NCBI GenBank assembly: GCA_027491115.1
Contig: JAIXWV010000016.1
Location: 10,657 to 74,656, forward strand
Direction: 5' to 3'
Length of the DNA stretch: 64,000 nucleotides
Source: Pseudomonadota bacterium
Lineage (GTDB): Bacteria > Bdellovibrionota > UBA1018 > CAIMNF01
The notes under the pieces were generated by a model. That model did no database searches and was not told where the DNA came from. It saw only the letters and a program-made list of their open reading frames with translations. Shown here one piece after another: positions 43,964-54,907 of this stretch. The position numbers were made by a program, and so were the translations under genes. Each line of letters starts with the position of its first letter. Positions within the stretch are counted from its first letter, which is position 1.

Positions 43964-44965
43964 TCAGGGTCCGCGAGGTGTCGGAATTGCCTCAGGAAGT
44001 TCTTTTGGTCCCAGATCCTGACCTTGATACTCCAGAAGCGATGAGTCAGGGGCGATCTCGGCCTTGCTCAGCCTCAAATCACTCAGGGCACCGTTCCGAC
44101 TCTTCACTTGGAAGTGTTCAGGATGCCGGGTTTCGAATCGCAATTTTTGGCGGGCTCGTATCACCAGGCTCCGCCCTTTGCGAAGAATCAGGATTCCGAG
44201 CTGTAAGTCATCTGAGCGATACCGGATCCATGCATCCTCTTTGGCGGTCAGGGTGATTTTGAACTTGGTTTCCTCCGGCGTGAGTCCGTCGCCTTTGTTC
44301 AGCGGGTCGAGAGCTGGAGTAACGGTCGGACTGGTGGCGACCGGCGCGGGAGGTGGGCTTTCAGAAGGGCTCATCGACACCGATGAGGGAGTGGGGCTTG
44401 ATGTCGGCGTGGGATTCAATGCGAATCCTGGAGCGCTTTTACGATCGAGAGAGTTTTGGGAGGCCAGTTCCTCCGGGGGAAAGTAGATGGCTGGATTGAC
44501 CGGCGCCGGGGGGGTGGAAGAGGGAGTTGTTTTTGTGGCTGTTTCGCCTTCAAACTCCTTGTGTTTCTCTTTCCTGCGATGATTGTCTGGCTTGAAGATG
44601 AGCAGGATCGCGATTGCAAAAACCGCGGCCAAAGATCCTCCCACCATCATCCATCGACGATTCTGCTCGAGTTCCCGTCCTTCAAACGCATAACCCTGGT
44701 GTCCGTGATCCCGATCCGGCCGCTCAGCGAATTTCGACTCGAGGAATGCTTGATAAGTATCCAGGATCTCGTTCGGATTGAGCTTCAGGGCTTTGGTGTA
44801 ATTCACGATGAATCCGCGAGTGAAGGCTCGAGCGGGTAGTTCACTGTAGCGATCTTCTTCAATCGCCGAGAGAATTCGGATGTGGATCTTGGTCGATGCA
44901 GCCAGCTGCTCGAGGCTCCGTCCCAGCTCCAATCTGCGTTTTTTGAGGTGCGCTCCGAGGGTCAC
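43964..44965 (-). CDS. rodZ: RodZ-like cytoskeleton protein (HTH-XRE domain, TM anchor, Pro/Ser/Thr-rich linker, C-terminal DUF4115)
   Basis: N-terminal HTH (LGAHLKKRRLELGRSLEQLAASTKIHIRILSAIEED); single TM (MMVGGSLAAVFAIAILLIF); PT-rich linker; conserved C-terminal beta domain. Confidence 0.65.
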   Translation of the reverse strand: MTLGAHLKKRRLELGRSLEQLAASTKIHIRILSAIEEDRYSELPARAFTRGFIVNYTKALKLNPNEILDTYQAFLESKFAERPDRDHGHQGYAFEGRELEQNRRWMMVGGSLAAVFAIAILLIFKPDNHRRKEKHKEFEGETATKTTPSSTPPAPVNPAIYFPPEELASQNSLDRKSAPGFALNPTPTSSPTPSSVSMSPSESPPPAPVATSPTVTPALDPLNKGDGLTPEETKFKITLTAKEDAWIRYRSDDLQLGILILRKGRSLVIRARQKLRFETRHPEHFQVKSRNGALSDLRLSKAEIAPDSSLLEYQGQDLGPKELPEAIPTPRGP

Positions 44966-45723
44966 GGAAGATCTCTCAGGTGTTCCAGTGCTTTTTCGGA
45001 TGCGTCGGTGCCTACGAAGATTCGCTGAATTTCGACCAGCTTTGCTCGGGCTTCTTCATAGCGCCTTTGGCGGGAGAGCACTTGTGCGATCGCGAGGTGA
45101 GTTTCGCTCATTCCGGAGCACATGCCTTTGGCTGAATTGCGGTAGTGGCGCTCGGCCTTGGGGAGTTGGTTCTTTTCCAATGCGAGTTTACCGAGTTGGA
45201 AGTGTGCCAAGCACGAGATCGGCGTGCGATCCTCGAGGGTCTGTTTGAACCAGTGTTCGGCGAGTTCCGGCCTCAGGGTCTTGATGTACAAAATTCCGAG
45301 GTTCAGCTTGGCACGATCGGCTTCGCGGTTGAGGAGGTCGCTGGCGGCCTGTTTGAACAGGGTCTCGGCTTCGCTGAACTTGCCGAGGTCCATCAGGATT
45401 TTGCCCAGGGTGTTTCTGGCTGCCGTGAGTTTCGGGTCGAGACGCACGGACTGTCGCGCCGATTCCTCGGCCAATTTGTATTCTCTTTTGCCGATGTAGG
45501 CCAAAGCGTAGAGGTGATGTCCCTTTGCATTGTCAGGCTCGAGAGCGTGGGCTTGATTCAGGTACTCAAGCGCGGTGATGTGATCCCCTTCGTTGATGGC
45601 GGCACCTGCGATGTTGAGCATGCCTTCGATGGTCGCCGTTTTCTTGGAGGTCGAGGTGGTGGAGCAGCCTGACAGCATGAGGAGCAAGAGACCCGGGATG
45701 GTGATCCGGGATTGGATTTTCAT
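44962..45723 (-). CDS. TPR-repeat lipoprotein (PilF/PilW-like)
   Basis: Lipobox LLLMLSGCS; at least 5 TPR repeats (EYLNQAHALEPDNAKGHHLYALAYIGKREY...). Confidence 0.6.
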   Translation of the reverse strand: MKIQSRITIPGLLLLMLSGCSTTSTSKKTATIEGMLNIAGAAINEGDHITALEYLNQAHALEPDNAKGHHLYALAYIGKREYKLAEESARQSVRLDPKLTAARNTLGKILMDLGKFSEAETLFKQAASDLLNREADRAKLNLGILYIKTLRPELAEHWFKQTLEDRTPISCLAHFQLGKLALEKNQLPKAERHYRNSAKGMCSGMSETHLAIAQVLSRQRRYEEARAKLVEIQRIFVGTDASEKALEHLRDLP

Positions 45724-45739
45724 GCCTCGATTTTAACGC

Positions 45740-46843
45740 TCATTTCAAAAAAAGGGCAAGCGATTCGAGATGGGGAGTCTGGGGGAAGAGGTCGAGGGCG
45801 CCGAGTCTTGCGAGACGGTACCGTGCCGCCAGGAATCGGGAAGAGTCCCTGGCAAACGAGTCCACATCGCACCCGACCAGGATGATCCTGCTGACGCCAA
45901 GGGCGGAGAGGCGGGCCTCCAATTTCGGGAACAGCTCTCCGATTCCCTCACGAGGAGGGTCGAGCAAAGCAACCACCGGACCTGAGGGAGGGGTGGTATC
46001 GTCCGCGGTGGACCACGCTTGGATGCTTCTCCGGACAAAGCTGAAATGGGGAGCTGGTCCTTCCTGTTCCGGAGCACCGGAGTCGACGCAAACAATGCGT
46101 TTGAAATCCCGGATGAGGGGAAGGCTGAGATTGCCATTTCCCCCGTAGAGGTCCAAGAGCAGATCTCCTGTTCCGGAGTGGGTCCTCACCCATTCTTGAA
46201 GCAAGCGGTTTTGGCGGTCATTGATCTGTTGAAATCCAGCCGCTGCGTGGCGCTCATTCCAGTCGGTCTGGATCTCTCCATCCGATTTCAGGCTGATCTC
46301 GAGCTTGAAGGGTTCCGTGAAACGGGCAAACCCCTCGTTGAGCAATTTCCCCAGCGCGGAATTGATTTTCGGGTCTGCAATCGTGCATTCGGATACCGGA
46401 ACCAACGAATGGGATCCCGGACGGTAAAAGCCGGCCTCACGGGTGGCCGGGTTCCCCCGGATCTGGATGCGGTTCCTGTAGTGGTAAGTTTCTTCGGCAG
46501 GAAGCAGGTCCAGAGGAACGTCCAGATTCCGGATTCCGGCCCGACCCAAGGCCGAATGAAGACCCTTCACTTTGGTCTCGAATTGGAGCGGGTAGGGGAT
46601 GTGCTGCCAGGAGCAGCCCCCGCAGCGACCGAAGGCGGGACAGGGAGGCGCAACCCTCAAGGGAGAGGCTTCGAGGATTTCAACTAGCTCGCCATGTGCA
46701 TAAGACTTTTTCCGCTCGACAACTTGAACCCGGACCAGATCTCCCGGTGCGGTGAACGGAACAAAAATGATTTCTCCCGTGGGGAGTCGACCCACTCCTG
46801 CGCCTCCACGGGCCAGGTCGTGGATCCTGACTTCAATCTGCAC
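45740..46843 (-). CDS. rlmD: 23S rRNA (uracil-C5)-methyltransferase RlmD/RumA family
   Basis: N-terminal TRAM (RIHDLARGGAGVGRL...VRVQVVERKK); Fe-S Cys cluster (CPAFGRCGGCSWQH); SAM-MTase motifs LLLDLYGGNGN, DPPREG. Confidence 0.75.
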   Translation of the reverse strand: MQIEVRIHDLARGGAGVGRLPTGEIIFVPFTAPGDLVRVQVVERKKSYAHGELVEILEASPLRVAPPCPAFGRCGGCSWQHIPYPLQFETKVKGLHSALGRAGIRNLDVPLDLLPAEETYHYRNRIQIRGNPATREAGFYRPGSHSLVPVSECTIADPKINSALGKLLNEGFARFTEPFKLEISLKSDGEIQTDWNERHAAAGFQQINDRQNRLLQEWVRTHSGTGDLLLDLYGGNGNLSLPLIRDFKRIVCVDSGAPEQEGPAPHFSFVRRSIQAWSTADDTTPPSGPVVALLDPPREGIGELFPKLEARLSALGVSRIILVGCDVDSFARDSSRFLAARYRLARLGALDLFPQTPHLESLALFLK

Positions 46844-47219
46844 AAAGAGGTTCGAATCTGAATTCGCGAGGGGCGATCAGCCTGGTACAGACTCCCGATT
46901 CGCGGTAATCCTCGGCCGCTGCGATTTCGCGGCCGCTCATCTCGCCGTGTTTGAATACTTTCCCGCCTTTGAACTCTACTGCGACATTCCGGGCGCCTTT
47001 GTTGAGCTTTCTAAATTCGTAGACCCATTTGTCCACCCCGTTCTTCCGGTAAACAGAGTCGGGGGTGCCGAGAAGGCTCAGGATCTGACTTTGGGTCATG
47101 CCGTTCTGCAGCTTCTGGACGTTTTGCGCATATTCCGCACCGGTGAGGCTAGCGCAGCCCGATGCAAAGAGGATGAGACTCAATAGACCGATACCAGAAG
47201 ACAAGATCTGCTTCACCAT
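46833..47219 (-). CDS. bamE: outer-membrane protein assembly factor BamE (SmpA/OmlA)
   Basis: Lipobox ILFASGCAS; BamE motif GMTQSQILSLLGTPD; 128 aa; overlaps the rlmD stop. Confidence 0.65.
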   Translation of the reverse strand: MVKQILSSGIGLLSLILFASGCASLTGAEYAQNVQKLQNGMTQSQILSLLGTPDSVYRKNGVDKWVYEFRKLNKGARNVAVEFKGGKVFKHGEMSGREIAAAEDYRESGVCTRLIAPREFRFEPLCAD

Positions 47220-47322
47220 ACGACTTCTCTTCGGGTGGTGGTGTCTAAAAGTTGAGTGGATTTGACAAGAATTTTGACCGGGGTGGCGTTCGGGGGCGCT
47301 TCCTGATAGATTCCCCTCATCC

Positions 47323-49119
47323 ATGTCTAAGAATATCCGGAACTTTTGCATCATTGCCCACATTGACCACGGCAAGTCCACCCTGGCGGACCGGCTCCTG
47401 GAAAAGACAGGGACGGTCACGGCGCGCGAGATGGAGGCCCAGTTCCTCGATAATATGGAGTTGGAGCGTGAGCGCGGGATCACCATCAAGGCCCAAAGCG
47501 TCCGCTTGAAGTACAAGGCCCGTGACGGACAAGAATACATCCTCAATCTGATCGATACCCCCGGCCACGTCGATTTCACTTACGAGGTTTCTCGTTCTTT
47601 GGCCGCTTGCGAGGGGGCCATCTTGGTTGTGGATGCCACCCAAGGGGTCGAAGCCCAGACTCTCGCCAACGTTTTTCTGGCCCTCGAAAACAATCTCGAG
47701 GTTTTTCCGGTCATCAACAAGATCGACCTGCCTTCTGCCGACCCGGAAAAGGTCAAGAAAGAGGTCGAAGACACCATCGGTCTGGTGGACACCTCCCGTT
47801 CCGTTCTGGCGAGTGCCAAATCCGGTATCGGGATCGAGGATGTGCTCGAGGCAGTGGTGAAGTACGTCCCGCCCCCCGCCGATGATGATCAGGGTAAATT
47901 GAGAGCCCTCATCTTTGACAGCTGGTTCGATCCGTATCAGGGTGTGATCGCCCTCATCCGTGTGTTCAACGGAGTGGTGAAGCCGGGCATGAAGATCAAA
48001 TTGTTCCACGTCGGCAGGGAATACGAGGTCCAGAAAGTGGGAACTTTCGCCCCCAAGTACCGTGACGTCGACCAGCTCGCTTCGGGCGAGGTCGGTGCCA
48101 TCATTTGTGGCATCAAAGATGTGCGCGATATGAAAGTGGGGGACACCATCATGTCCTTCCAGGACCCCTTGTCTGAACCGCTCTCCGGTTTTGCAGAAGC
48201 GAAGCCCATGGTGTTCTGCGGGGTTTATCCGGTGGAATCCGACGACTACCACGACCTGAAAGAAGCCCTCGAAAAACTGCGACTCAATGATTCGGCCATC
48301 GCGTTCGAGCCGGAGACCTCGACCGCCCTCGGTTTTGGCTTCCGTTGCGGATTCCTCGGACTCCTTCACATGGATGTGGTCCAGGAGCGCCTCGAGCGAG
48401 AATACGGACTCAACATCATCACCACCGCACCGTCCGTGGTGTACCGGGTGACCCAGTTGGATGGCGAGGTCCTGATGGTCGAGAATCCGGCCAAACTTCC
48501 GGATCCGATCCGGATCGAGACCATCGAAGAGCCGTACATTCGCCTGAGTATCCACATGCCTTCCGAGTATGTCGGCGTGGTCATGGCACTCTGTAATGAT
48601 CGCCGTGGAGTGCAGGAAAAACTCGACTTCGTCACCAGCGATCGCGTCACACTCGTTTATCAGCTTCCCCTTGCGGAGATGGTGTTCGACTTCTATGACA
48701 AGTTGAAGTCTTCGACCCGTGGCTACGCTTCGATGGATTACTCCATGCTCGATTACCGTCCATCTGACCTGGTGAAGATGGACATCCTCATCAACAGCGA
48801 GCCGGTCGACGCCTTGTCCCTGATCATTCACAAGGACAAGGCACATGTACGTGGACGTGAGCTGGCCAAAAAGATGAAGGAACTGATCGAGCGCCAGATG
48901 TTCGAAATCGCGATCCAGGCATCGATCGGATCGAAGATCGTCGCGCGCGAGACCATTTCCGCCTACCGCAAGAACGTGACCGCCAAGTGTTACGGGGGCG
49001 ACATCTCCCGGAAGCGAAAGCTCCTCGAGAAGCAGAAGGAAGGCAAGAAGCGGATGAAGCAGGTCGGCTCGGTCGAAATCCCGCAAGAGGCGTTCCTGGC
49101 AGTCTTGAAGGTGGACTAA
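47323..49119 (+). CDS. lepA: elongation factor 4
   Basis: [23 protein letters not shown]1 motif, [13 protein letters not shown], LepA-specific C-terminal domain; 598 aa. Confidence 0.95.
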   Translation: MSKNIRNFCIIAHIDHGKSTLADRLLEKTGTVTAREMEAQFLDNMELERERGITIKAQSVRLKYKARDGQEYILNLIDTPGHVDFTYEVSRSLAACEGAILVVDATQGVEAQTLANVFLALENNLEVFPVINKIDLPSADPEKVKKEVEDTIGLVDTSRSVLASAKSGIGIEDVLEAVVKYVPPPADDDQGKLRALIFDSWFDPYQGVIALIRVFNGVVKPGMKIKLFHVGREYEVQKVGTFAPKYRDVDQLASGEVGAIICGIKDVRDMKVGDTIMSFQDPLSEPLSGFAEAKPMVFCGVYPVESDDYHDLKEALEKLRLNDSAIAFEPETSTALGFGFRCGFLGLLHMDVVQERLEREYGLNIITTAPSVVYRVTQLDGEVLMVENPAKLPDPIRIETIEEPYIRLSIHMPSEYVGVVMALCNDRRGVQEKLDFVTSDRVTLVYQLPLAEMVFDFYDKLKSSTRGYASMDYSMLDYRPSDLVKMDILINSEPVDALSLIIHKDKAHVRGRELAKKMKELIERQMFEIAIQASIGSKIVARETISAYRKNVTAKCYGGDISRKRKLLEKQKEGKKRMKQVGSVEIPQEAFLAVLKVD

Positions 49120-49122
49120 GGC

Positions 49123-50646
49123 ATGGTGCACGCTCTCGTGCCCCTCACCGCGGCTCTCCTGATCCTGAAGATCGGAGTGGCGGCACTGTTTCCTGTGTTT
49201 GGAGACGAGTCCTATTACATCTATTGGGGCCTCCATCCGGCGGGGGGCTACTACGATTTGCCACCCATGGTCGGTTGGTGGCTGGCTCCATTGGTGAGTC
49301 TGTCGTTGAACCCGCTCTGGATCCGTATGTTCAACCTTTTGGCTACGGTTTTGCCAGCCTTCACGCTCTTCGAGTGGCTCCATCCTCGAGTGGGGAAGGA
49401 TCGGGCGATCGGTGCGGCTGCCTTGTTCTTTTTTCTTCCGCTCCCGTTCCTGGCTGTCGTGTCGTTTCCGGACGTGCCTTTGATGATGTTTTCTTTCTTC
49501 TCGGCCTATCTGTACCACCGGGCGCAGGAGTCGCGGCGTCCGGGGCTTCCTTACGAGGCATTTTTCTCGGGAGTATTCTGGGGTTGTGCCTTCCTTTCCA
49601 AGTACTTTGCGGTGTTTCTGTTGCCCGTGTTTATCGGGGCGTTTGTTTTCGATCGTGGCCGTCGGTATCGGAATGTTCCTGCCTTCGTCCTTGGAGCCCT
49701 TCCTTTCGTCCTTCAGCATGTGATTTGGAATCGTGATCATTGCTGGTCGAACTTTGTGTTCAACCTGATCACACGTCAGCGGGTCGACGAGGGCACGGTC
49801 GATCAAACGCTGGGGGGATTCCTGGCCAACGTGTTGGTCGTATCAGCGCCGGTGCTCTTGTCCTGGGTGTTTCGTCCGATCGAACACCGAGAGTCCGGTC
49901 CGGTTTGGGAGAGGGAGGGGGGGCTTCGAAAGTTCTTCTTCTGGCTTTGGGCATTTCCGGTTCTGGTGTTTTTGGTGACCGCGGCATTCGGAAGGGGGCA
50001 GGGGCTGCATTGGCTCCTGTTTTTGACACCGTTTTTCGCAGCCTGGGTGGCGCTCCGGTTTCCGCGTGGTCGGTTCCGCCTCGCGCTTTCTTTTTCTGCA
50101 ATCGCCTCGGGGGTGATGGCTGTTGCCCTCATGTCGGCTTCCGTGTTTCCTGACCGCCTTTTGGCTCCGCTGCTCAAGAAGCGTTGGGCTTTCGAGTACC
50201 AGGTGTTGACCCGATCCGAGGACTTCGTGGACGAGATCCGCGCCGCCACACCCGGTGTTGCTGCGTATTTCACCGGCGGATACACCCTCTCGAGCGAACT
50301 CGAATTCCTCTTCCGCAGGGCGGGTCATCCCACGGATTTTTTGGTGTGGGGAGAAGGGTCGAGGTTCGGTAGGACTTTTGACTGGGCTCTCGATACGGGA
50401 AAACTTCGAGGAAAGCGTGTCGCCATCATTACTCCGGGATTCTTCTTTCGTGAGAACTGGGAGCGTTTTTTCTCGAAAATGGAAGTGAGCATCCGGAACT
50501 TCAGAGGTATCGAATACATGCTCATCGTGGGTGAGGGATTCCGGGCGACGGACTATCGGGAGGATGTACTTCAATCCGCGGTTCGGAAATTTTATCCGCC
50601 GTTTTTGCCGGGTAAGTGCACCCTCCTCGAGGAGATCAAGCCGTGA
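49123..50646 (+). CDS. GT39/GT83-family membrane glycosyltransferase (ArnT/PMT-like), second paralog
   Basis: 3 bp after the lepA stop; GDESYYIYWG 'DE' motif in the first periplasmic loop; about 11 TM segments; 507 aa. Confidence 0.6.
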   Translation: MVHALVPLTAALLILKIGVAALFPVFGDESYYIYWGLHPAGGYYDLPPMVGWWLAPLVSLSLNPLWIRMFNLLATVLPAFTLFEWLHPRVGKDRAIGAAALFFFLPLPFLAVVSFPDVPLMMFSFFSAYLYHRAQESRRPGLPYEAFFSGVFWGCAFLSKYFAVFLLPVFIGAFVFDRGRRYRNVPAFVLGALPFVLQHVIWNRDHCWSNFVFNLITRQRVDEGTVDQTLGGFLANVLVVSAPVLLSWVFRPIEHRESGPVWEREGGLRKFFFWLWAFPVLVFLVTAAFGRGQGLHWLLFLTPFFAAWVALRFPRGRFRLALSFSAIASGVMAVALMSASVFPDRLLAPLLKKRWAFEYQVLTRSEDFVDEIRAATPGVAAYFTGGYTLSSELEFLFRRAGHPTDFLVWGEGSRFGRTFDWALDTGKLRGKRVAIITPGFFFRENWERFFSKMEVSIRNFRGIEYMLIVGEGFRATDYREDVLQSAVRKFYPPFLPGKCTLLEEIKP

Positions 50647-51392
50647 ACGATCTGTTTCTCGTGTTCGCAGGATTCGTTGCCGGAACGATCGACAGCATCG
50701 CAGGTGGAGGCGGTCTGATCACGCTTCCATCCCTTTCTACCATTTTGGAGCCAGGGCCTCACTCCATCGGGACCAATAAGATCGTGGGGACCGCTGGAGC
50801 CTTGATGGCTTTTTTGGTTTATCGCCGGAAGCACCCCTTGCACCTCAAGAAGGGGCTTTCCTTTATTTTGGCGATAGGGATCGGTTCGGTGCTCGGATCC
50901 TTGTGCTCCCCCTTGGTACCTCGCCTTTACTTCAGGTACTTCCTGATCGCGGCCTGTCCACTCATTTTGTTGGTGCTCTGGAACAAGAAGGGCCTGATGA
51001 AAGAGGTGCGGGAACAAGCCCAAGCATCCTGGGGTGCCTTGGTTTCCACGGGTGTGGCGGTGGGGTTCTATGACGGATTCTTCGGTCCAGGTGGTGGAAC
51101 CTTCATGCTGATCGGCCTCCTGGCGGGTGCGCGGATGTCGCTCTTCGAGGCCCTCCTGCTCTCCAAGCTCGCCAATACGCTCTCTGCAGCAGTTTCGCTC
51201 GCCTCTTACGGTGTCCAGGGCTTTGTTCACACCCGCTACGGCCTCATCATGGCCGTCGGCATGACCGCCGGGAGCTTCATGGGGGCGCGCTTGGCCTCCC
51301 AAAAAGCCGAACAGGTGGTCCGACCTGTATTGGTTTTTGTCGTGCTTCTACTGATGGCCGTTCAGGTCCGGGAAGTCTTCAGTCCGTCGTGA
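50643..51392 (+). CDS. TauE/SafE-family sulfite/anion exporter
   Basis: GTG overlapping the upstream stop (GTGA); FLVFAGFVAGTIDSIAGGGGLITLPSL and a second GG repeat (FFGPGGGTFMLIGLL). Confidence 0.65.
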   Translation: MNDLFLVFAGFVAGTIDSIAGGGGLITLPSLSTILEPGPHSIGTNKIVGTAGALMAFLVYRRKHPLHLKKGLSFILAIGIGSVLGSLCSPLVPRLYFRYFLIAACPLILLVLWNKKGLMKEVREQAQASWGALVSTGVAVGFYDGFFGPGGGTFMLIGLLAGARMSLFEALLLSKLANTLSAAVSLASYGVQGFVHTRYGLIMAVGMTAGSFMGARLASQKAEQVVRPVLVFVVLLLMAVQVREVFSPS

Positions 51393-51452
51393 GGGATTCC
51401 CGTTGAGGGGGCGGGGGGGATGAGGTAGCTTGATCCTCCGGGAGGCCTACTC

Positions 51453-52388
51453 ATGTTCCCGGACCATCTCACCACGATTCGTGGCATCGCACCCGACACG
51501 CTTCGGAACTTCCTTCGGTTGAGCAAAAAGATCAAAGCCGATCCCGCTTCTTTTTCCACCGGGCTCAAAGGAAAAACCGTCCTCCAGTTTTTTGTCGAAA
51601 ACTCCACGCGAACACGCATGTCCTTCGAGGCCGCGACCCGACGCTTGGGCGGTGCCAGTATCGCGTTTGCTGCCGCGACTTCGAGCCTGCAAAAGGGCGA
51701 GACCCTGCTCGACACCGTCCGGGTGATCCAGCAGTACGGGGTCGATGCGATTGTCATGCGCCATTCTTCGGGAGGATCTCCGGATCTGGTGGCCCGGGCC
51801 ACCGGCCTTCCCGTGATCAATGCGGGAGACGGAAGTCACGAGCACCCGACGCAGGCTCTGCTCGATGCGTTCACTTTGGCCGAAGCCTGGGGAAGTGATC
51901 TCGATCATTCCAAGCCTTTCACGGGGCGGAGGCTCCTGATTATCGGAGACACCCTGCAGTCCCGGGTCACTCGCTCCAATATCCATTTGTTCTCGGCCTT
52001 GGGCGGAGAGGTGATCTTGAGCGGACCCCGGACCCTTTCCATCCGGGATCTCAGTCTGTTTCCGGCTGTGAAAAAGGTCGACTTTCCTGACGAGGTGATC
52101 GGTGAGGTCGATGCGGTCATGGCCCTCCGGATCCAGTTTGAGCGCGGGCACAAGAGCCTGATCCCTTCGGTCGAAGAGTACCGGACCTTCTGGGGACTCA
52201 CCGAGGAGCGCGTGAGCAAAATGAGACCTTCAGCACCGATCCTTCACCCTGGCCCGATGAATCGCGGAGTGGAAATCGACCCTGAAGTGGCGGACTCCGC
52301 CCGCGCACTAGTGCTCGATCAGGTTGAAAACGGCGTCCTCGTCCGCATGTCGGTTCTGGGCGCTCTGGTGGGAGGGCTTCGCGCATGA
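51453..52388 (+). CDS. pyrB: aspartate carbamoyltransferase catalytic subunit
   Basis: STRTR carbamoyl-phosphate binding motif (ENSTRTRMSFE); HPTQALLD; HPGP (LHPGPMNRGVEI). Confidence 0.9.
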   Translation: MFPDHLTTIRGIAPDTLRNFLRLSKKIKADPASFSTGLKGKTVLQFFVENSTRTRMSFEAATRRLGGASIAFAAATSSLQKGETLLDTVRVIQQYGVDAIVMRHSSGGSPDLVARATGLPVINAGDGSHEHPTQALLDAFTLAEAWGSDLDHSKPFTGRRLLIIGDTLQSRVTRSNIHLFSALGGEVILSGPRTLSIRDLSLFPAVKKVDFPDEVIGEVDAVMALRIQFERGHKSLIPSVEEYRTFWGLTEERVSKMRPSAPILHPGPMNRGVEIDPEVADSARALVLDQVENGVLVRMSVLGALVGGLRA

Positions 52389-53683
52389 TCCGGTTGAAGA
52401 ACGCAAGAGTGATCGATCCGTCTTCCGGTCTCGATGCCGAGCTCGATATTTTAGTGGAGGACGGAGTGATCCGCGCCATTGACCGTCCGGGATCTTTTGA
52501 CGGGACAGCGGTCGCCGAGTCGCATGATTTGAGCGGTTGCGTGGTCGCGCCCGGATTCATCGATGTCCATGTTCATTTGCGTGAGCCCGGTTTCGAGCAT
52601 AAAGAAACCGTTCACACCGGTTCACTCGCGGCAGTACGGGGCGGATTCACTGCGATTGCTCCGATGGCCAATACCGATCCGGTGAATGACAACGCGATTG
52701 TGACCCGGTTCATTCTGGACCGGGCACGGAGTGCGAACCTGGCCCGGGTTTACCCGATCGGTGCTGTGACCAAGGGGCAAAAGGGCGAAGAGCTCGCCGA
52801 AATCGGACTTATGGCCAAAGAGGGCATCCGCGCCCTCAGCGACGACGGCATGCCGGTGATGAATTCGGCCCTCATGCGTCGGGCGATGGAATACGCCCGG
52901 ATGTTCGATCTGCCCGTGATCAGTCACGCGGAGGACGCCGCCCTCTCCAAGGGCGCGCCCATGACCGAAGGAGCCGTGTCCTCGTTGCTGGGTTACCCCG
53001 GAAATCCGAATGCCTCGGAAGAAATCATGGTTGCGCGCGAGATCGCGCTTTGCCGGGCGACCGGTGCCCGGGTGCACTTGGCCCACTTGTCGACCCGGGA
53101 GGGGGTGGCGCTCGTCCGCCGGGCCAAGGAGGACGGCCTCCCGGTCACCGCCGAGGTGACGCCTCATCACCTGATGTTGAACGAGTTTTCTCTCTTGAAA
53201 GGGGGGCACGAGTGCGTGCACCACCAGCCCCGGACCGACTACAAGATGGCGCCACCTCTCCGGTCTGAGCAGGATCAGGAAGCCCTTCGAGAAGCGCTCC
53301 GCTCGGGCGTGATCGATCTGGTAGCCTCGGACCATGCTCCACACGGCTGTGTCGATAAAGAGGTGGAGTTTGAGCTGGCGGCAAACGGGATCCTCGGCCT
53401 CCAAACCACGGTGCCTCTCCTGCTCGAATTGGTGGAGAGGGGGGTCCTGTCTTGGTCCCGGATGATCGAGTCCTTGACCGTGGCTCCGGCACGCTTGCTT
53501 GGGCTCCGGGATCTCGGGACCTTGCAGGCCGGGAAGCCAGCCGATTTGGTGGTTCTCGATCCGAATGTGGAATTCAGACTCCGGAGGGAGGATTTGGTCT
53601 CGATCAGCGAGAACAGCCCCTTTATCGGGCGAAAATTTAAGGGCAAAGTCCTGAAAACAATGGTAGGAGGAGACTGGAAATGA
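52385..53683 (+). CDS. pyrC: dihydroorotase (multifunctional-complex type)
   Basis: ATGA overlap with pyrB; metal-binding DVHVHLREPG, ...AHLSTREG..., DHAPH. Confidence 0.85.
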   Translation: MIRLKNARVIDPSSGLDAELDILVEDGVIRAIDRPGSFDGTAVAESHDLSGCVVAPGFIDVHVHLREPGFEHKETVHTGSLAAVRGGFTAIAPMANTDPVNDNAIVTRFILDRARSANLARVYPIGAVTKGQKGEELAEIGLMAKEGIRALSDDGMPVMNSALMRRAMEYARMFDLPVISHAEDAALSKGAPMTEGAVSSLLGYPGNPNASEEIMVAREIALCRATGARVHLAHLSTREGVALVRRAKEDGLPVTAEVTPHHLMLNEFSLLKGGHECVHHQPRTDYKMAPPLRSEQDQEALREALRSGVIDLVASDHAPHGCVDKEVEFELAANGILGLQTTVPLLLELVERGVLSWSRMIESLTVAPARLLGLRDLGTLQAGKPADLVVLDPNVEFRLRREDLVSISENSPFIGRKFKGKVLKTMVGGDWK

Positions 53684-54792
53684 AAGGTCTCATTGTTCTC
53701 CCCGGAGCCGAGCAGGATGTGATTCTCGAAGGAACCCTCTTTGGAGCGGTTTCCTCCGATCCCAAAAAGAACGTGGTGTTCGCCGAGCTGGTGTTCAACA
53801 CCTCGATGACCGGCTATCAGGAGATCCTGACCGATCCCTCTTATGCCGGCCAAGTGGTCTGCTTCACTGCGGCCCACATCGGCAATACGGGAGCCAATCG
53901 AGAAGACCTCGAAAGCCGGGCCATTCATGCCGAAGGCTTGATTCTGGCCTCCTACACCCCGAAGCCCTCGAATCATCGGTCGGAAGAAACCCTCGAAGAA
54001 TTTTTGAAGCGCAACGGACGGATCGGCATCCACGGGGTCGACACCCGCCGCCTGACTCTCCTGCTCCGCGATCGCGGGGTCACTCCGGGATTCATCATTC
54101 CCGAATCCCTCCGTTCCGAAATCGAGGTGTTCAAAAAGGAACTCGCCTCGAAGAATTACGATCAAATCGACTGGATCCGCAAGGTGAGCACCAAGGAAGC
54201 CTACACTTTCGCTTCGACCGCTCCCGCGTCTATGAAGAAATTCAAAGTCGTGGCTTACGACTACGGCATCAAGGGTCAGCTCCTCCGTGATCTGGCTGTC
54301 CGGGGTTGCGAGCTCACGGTCGTACCTTGCGATTATCCTGCCGCCAAAGTCCTCGAAATGAAGCCGGATGGGGTGTTCCTTTCCAACGGCCCCGGCGACC
54401 CCAAGCTCGCCACCTATGCGGTCGAGAATGTGCGTGCACTACTGGGCAAAGTTCCGATGTTCGGAGTGTGCATGGGACACCAGGTGCTCTCGATGGCCGT
54501 CGGCGCCAAGACCTACAAGCTCAAGTTCGGACACCGGGGAGGCAATCAGCCGGTGAAGAATCTGGATCAGGGTTCGGTCGAAATCAGCTCACACAACCAC
54601 GGCTATGCTGTCGACCCGGCCACCTTTCCTGCAGAAGCCCGGCTCACCCATGTGAATCTCAACGATCAATGTTGCGAAGGGATGTCCATTCCCTCCAAGC
54701 AAGCCTTCTCGGTCCAATACCACCCCGAGAGCTCCCCGGGGCCACATGATTCGAGCTATCTGTTCGACCGCTTCATTCAGATGATGGGGTGA
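53680..54792 (+). CDS. carA: carbamoyl-phosphate synthase small (glutamine amidotransferase) subunit
   Basis: ATGA overlap with pyrC; N-terminal CPSase_sm domain; GATase triad GVCMGHQVL (Cys) and HNHG / HPES (His/Glu). Confidence 0.9.
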   Translation: MKGLIVLPGAEQDVILEGTLFGAVSSDPKKNVVFAELVFNTSMTGYQEILTDPSYAGQVVCFTAAHIGNTGANREDLESRAIHAEGLILASYTPKPSNHRSEETLEEFLKRNGRIGIHGVDTRRLTLLLRDRGVTPGFIIPESLRSEIEVFKKELASKNYDQIDWIRKVSTKEAYTFASTAPASMKKFKVVAYDYGIKGQLLRDLAVRGCELTVVPCDYPAAKVLEMKPDGVFLSNGPGDPKLATYAVENVRALLGKVPMFGVCMGHQVLSMAVGAKTYKLKFGHRGGNQPVKNLDQGSVEISSHNHGYAVDPATFPAEARLTHVNLNDQCCEGMSIPSKQAFSVQYHPESSPGPHDSSYLFDRFIQMMG

Positions 54793-54907
54793 GCCCACCC
54801 CCACTAGGTTGGACCCGCCCAAAATCGTTTAATCCACTGACTTCATTAAGTTAGTTTAATCTTGACCAAAACACTCAAGTTTATTAACCTATGGGTGAGG
54901 GGATACT

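Noticed and set aside
47317-49806. 829-aa ORF on the - strand
   Set aside because: Antisense to lepA and the GT39 gene, both of which have unambiguous motifs. No domain signal.
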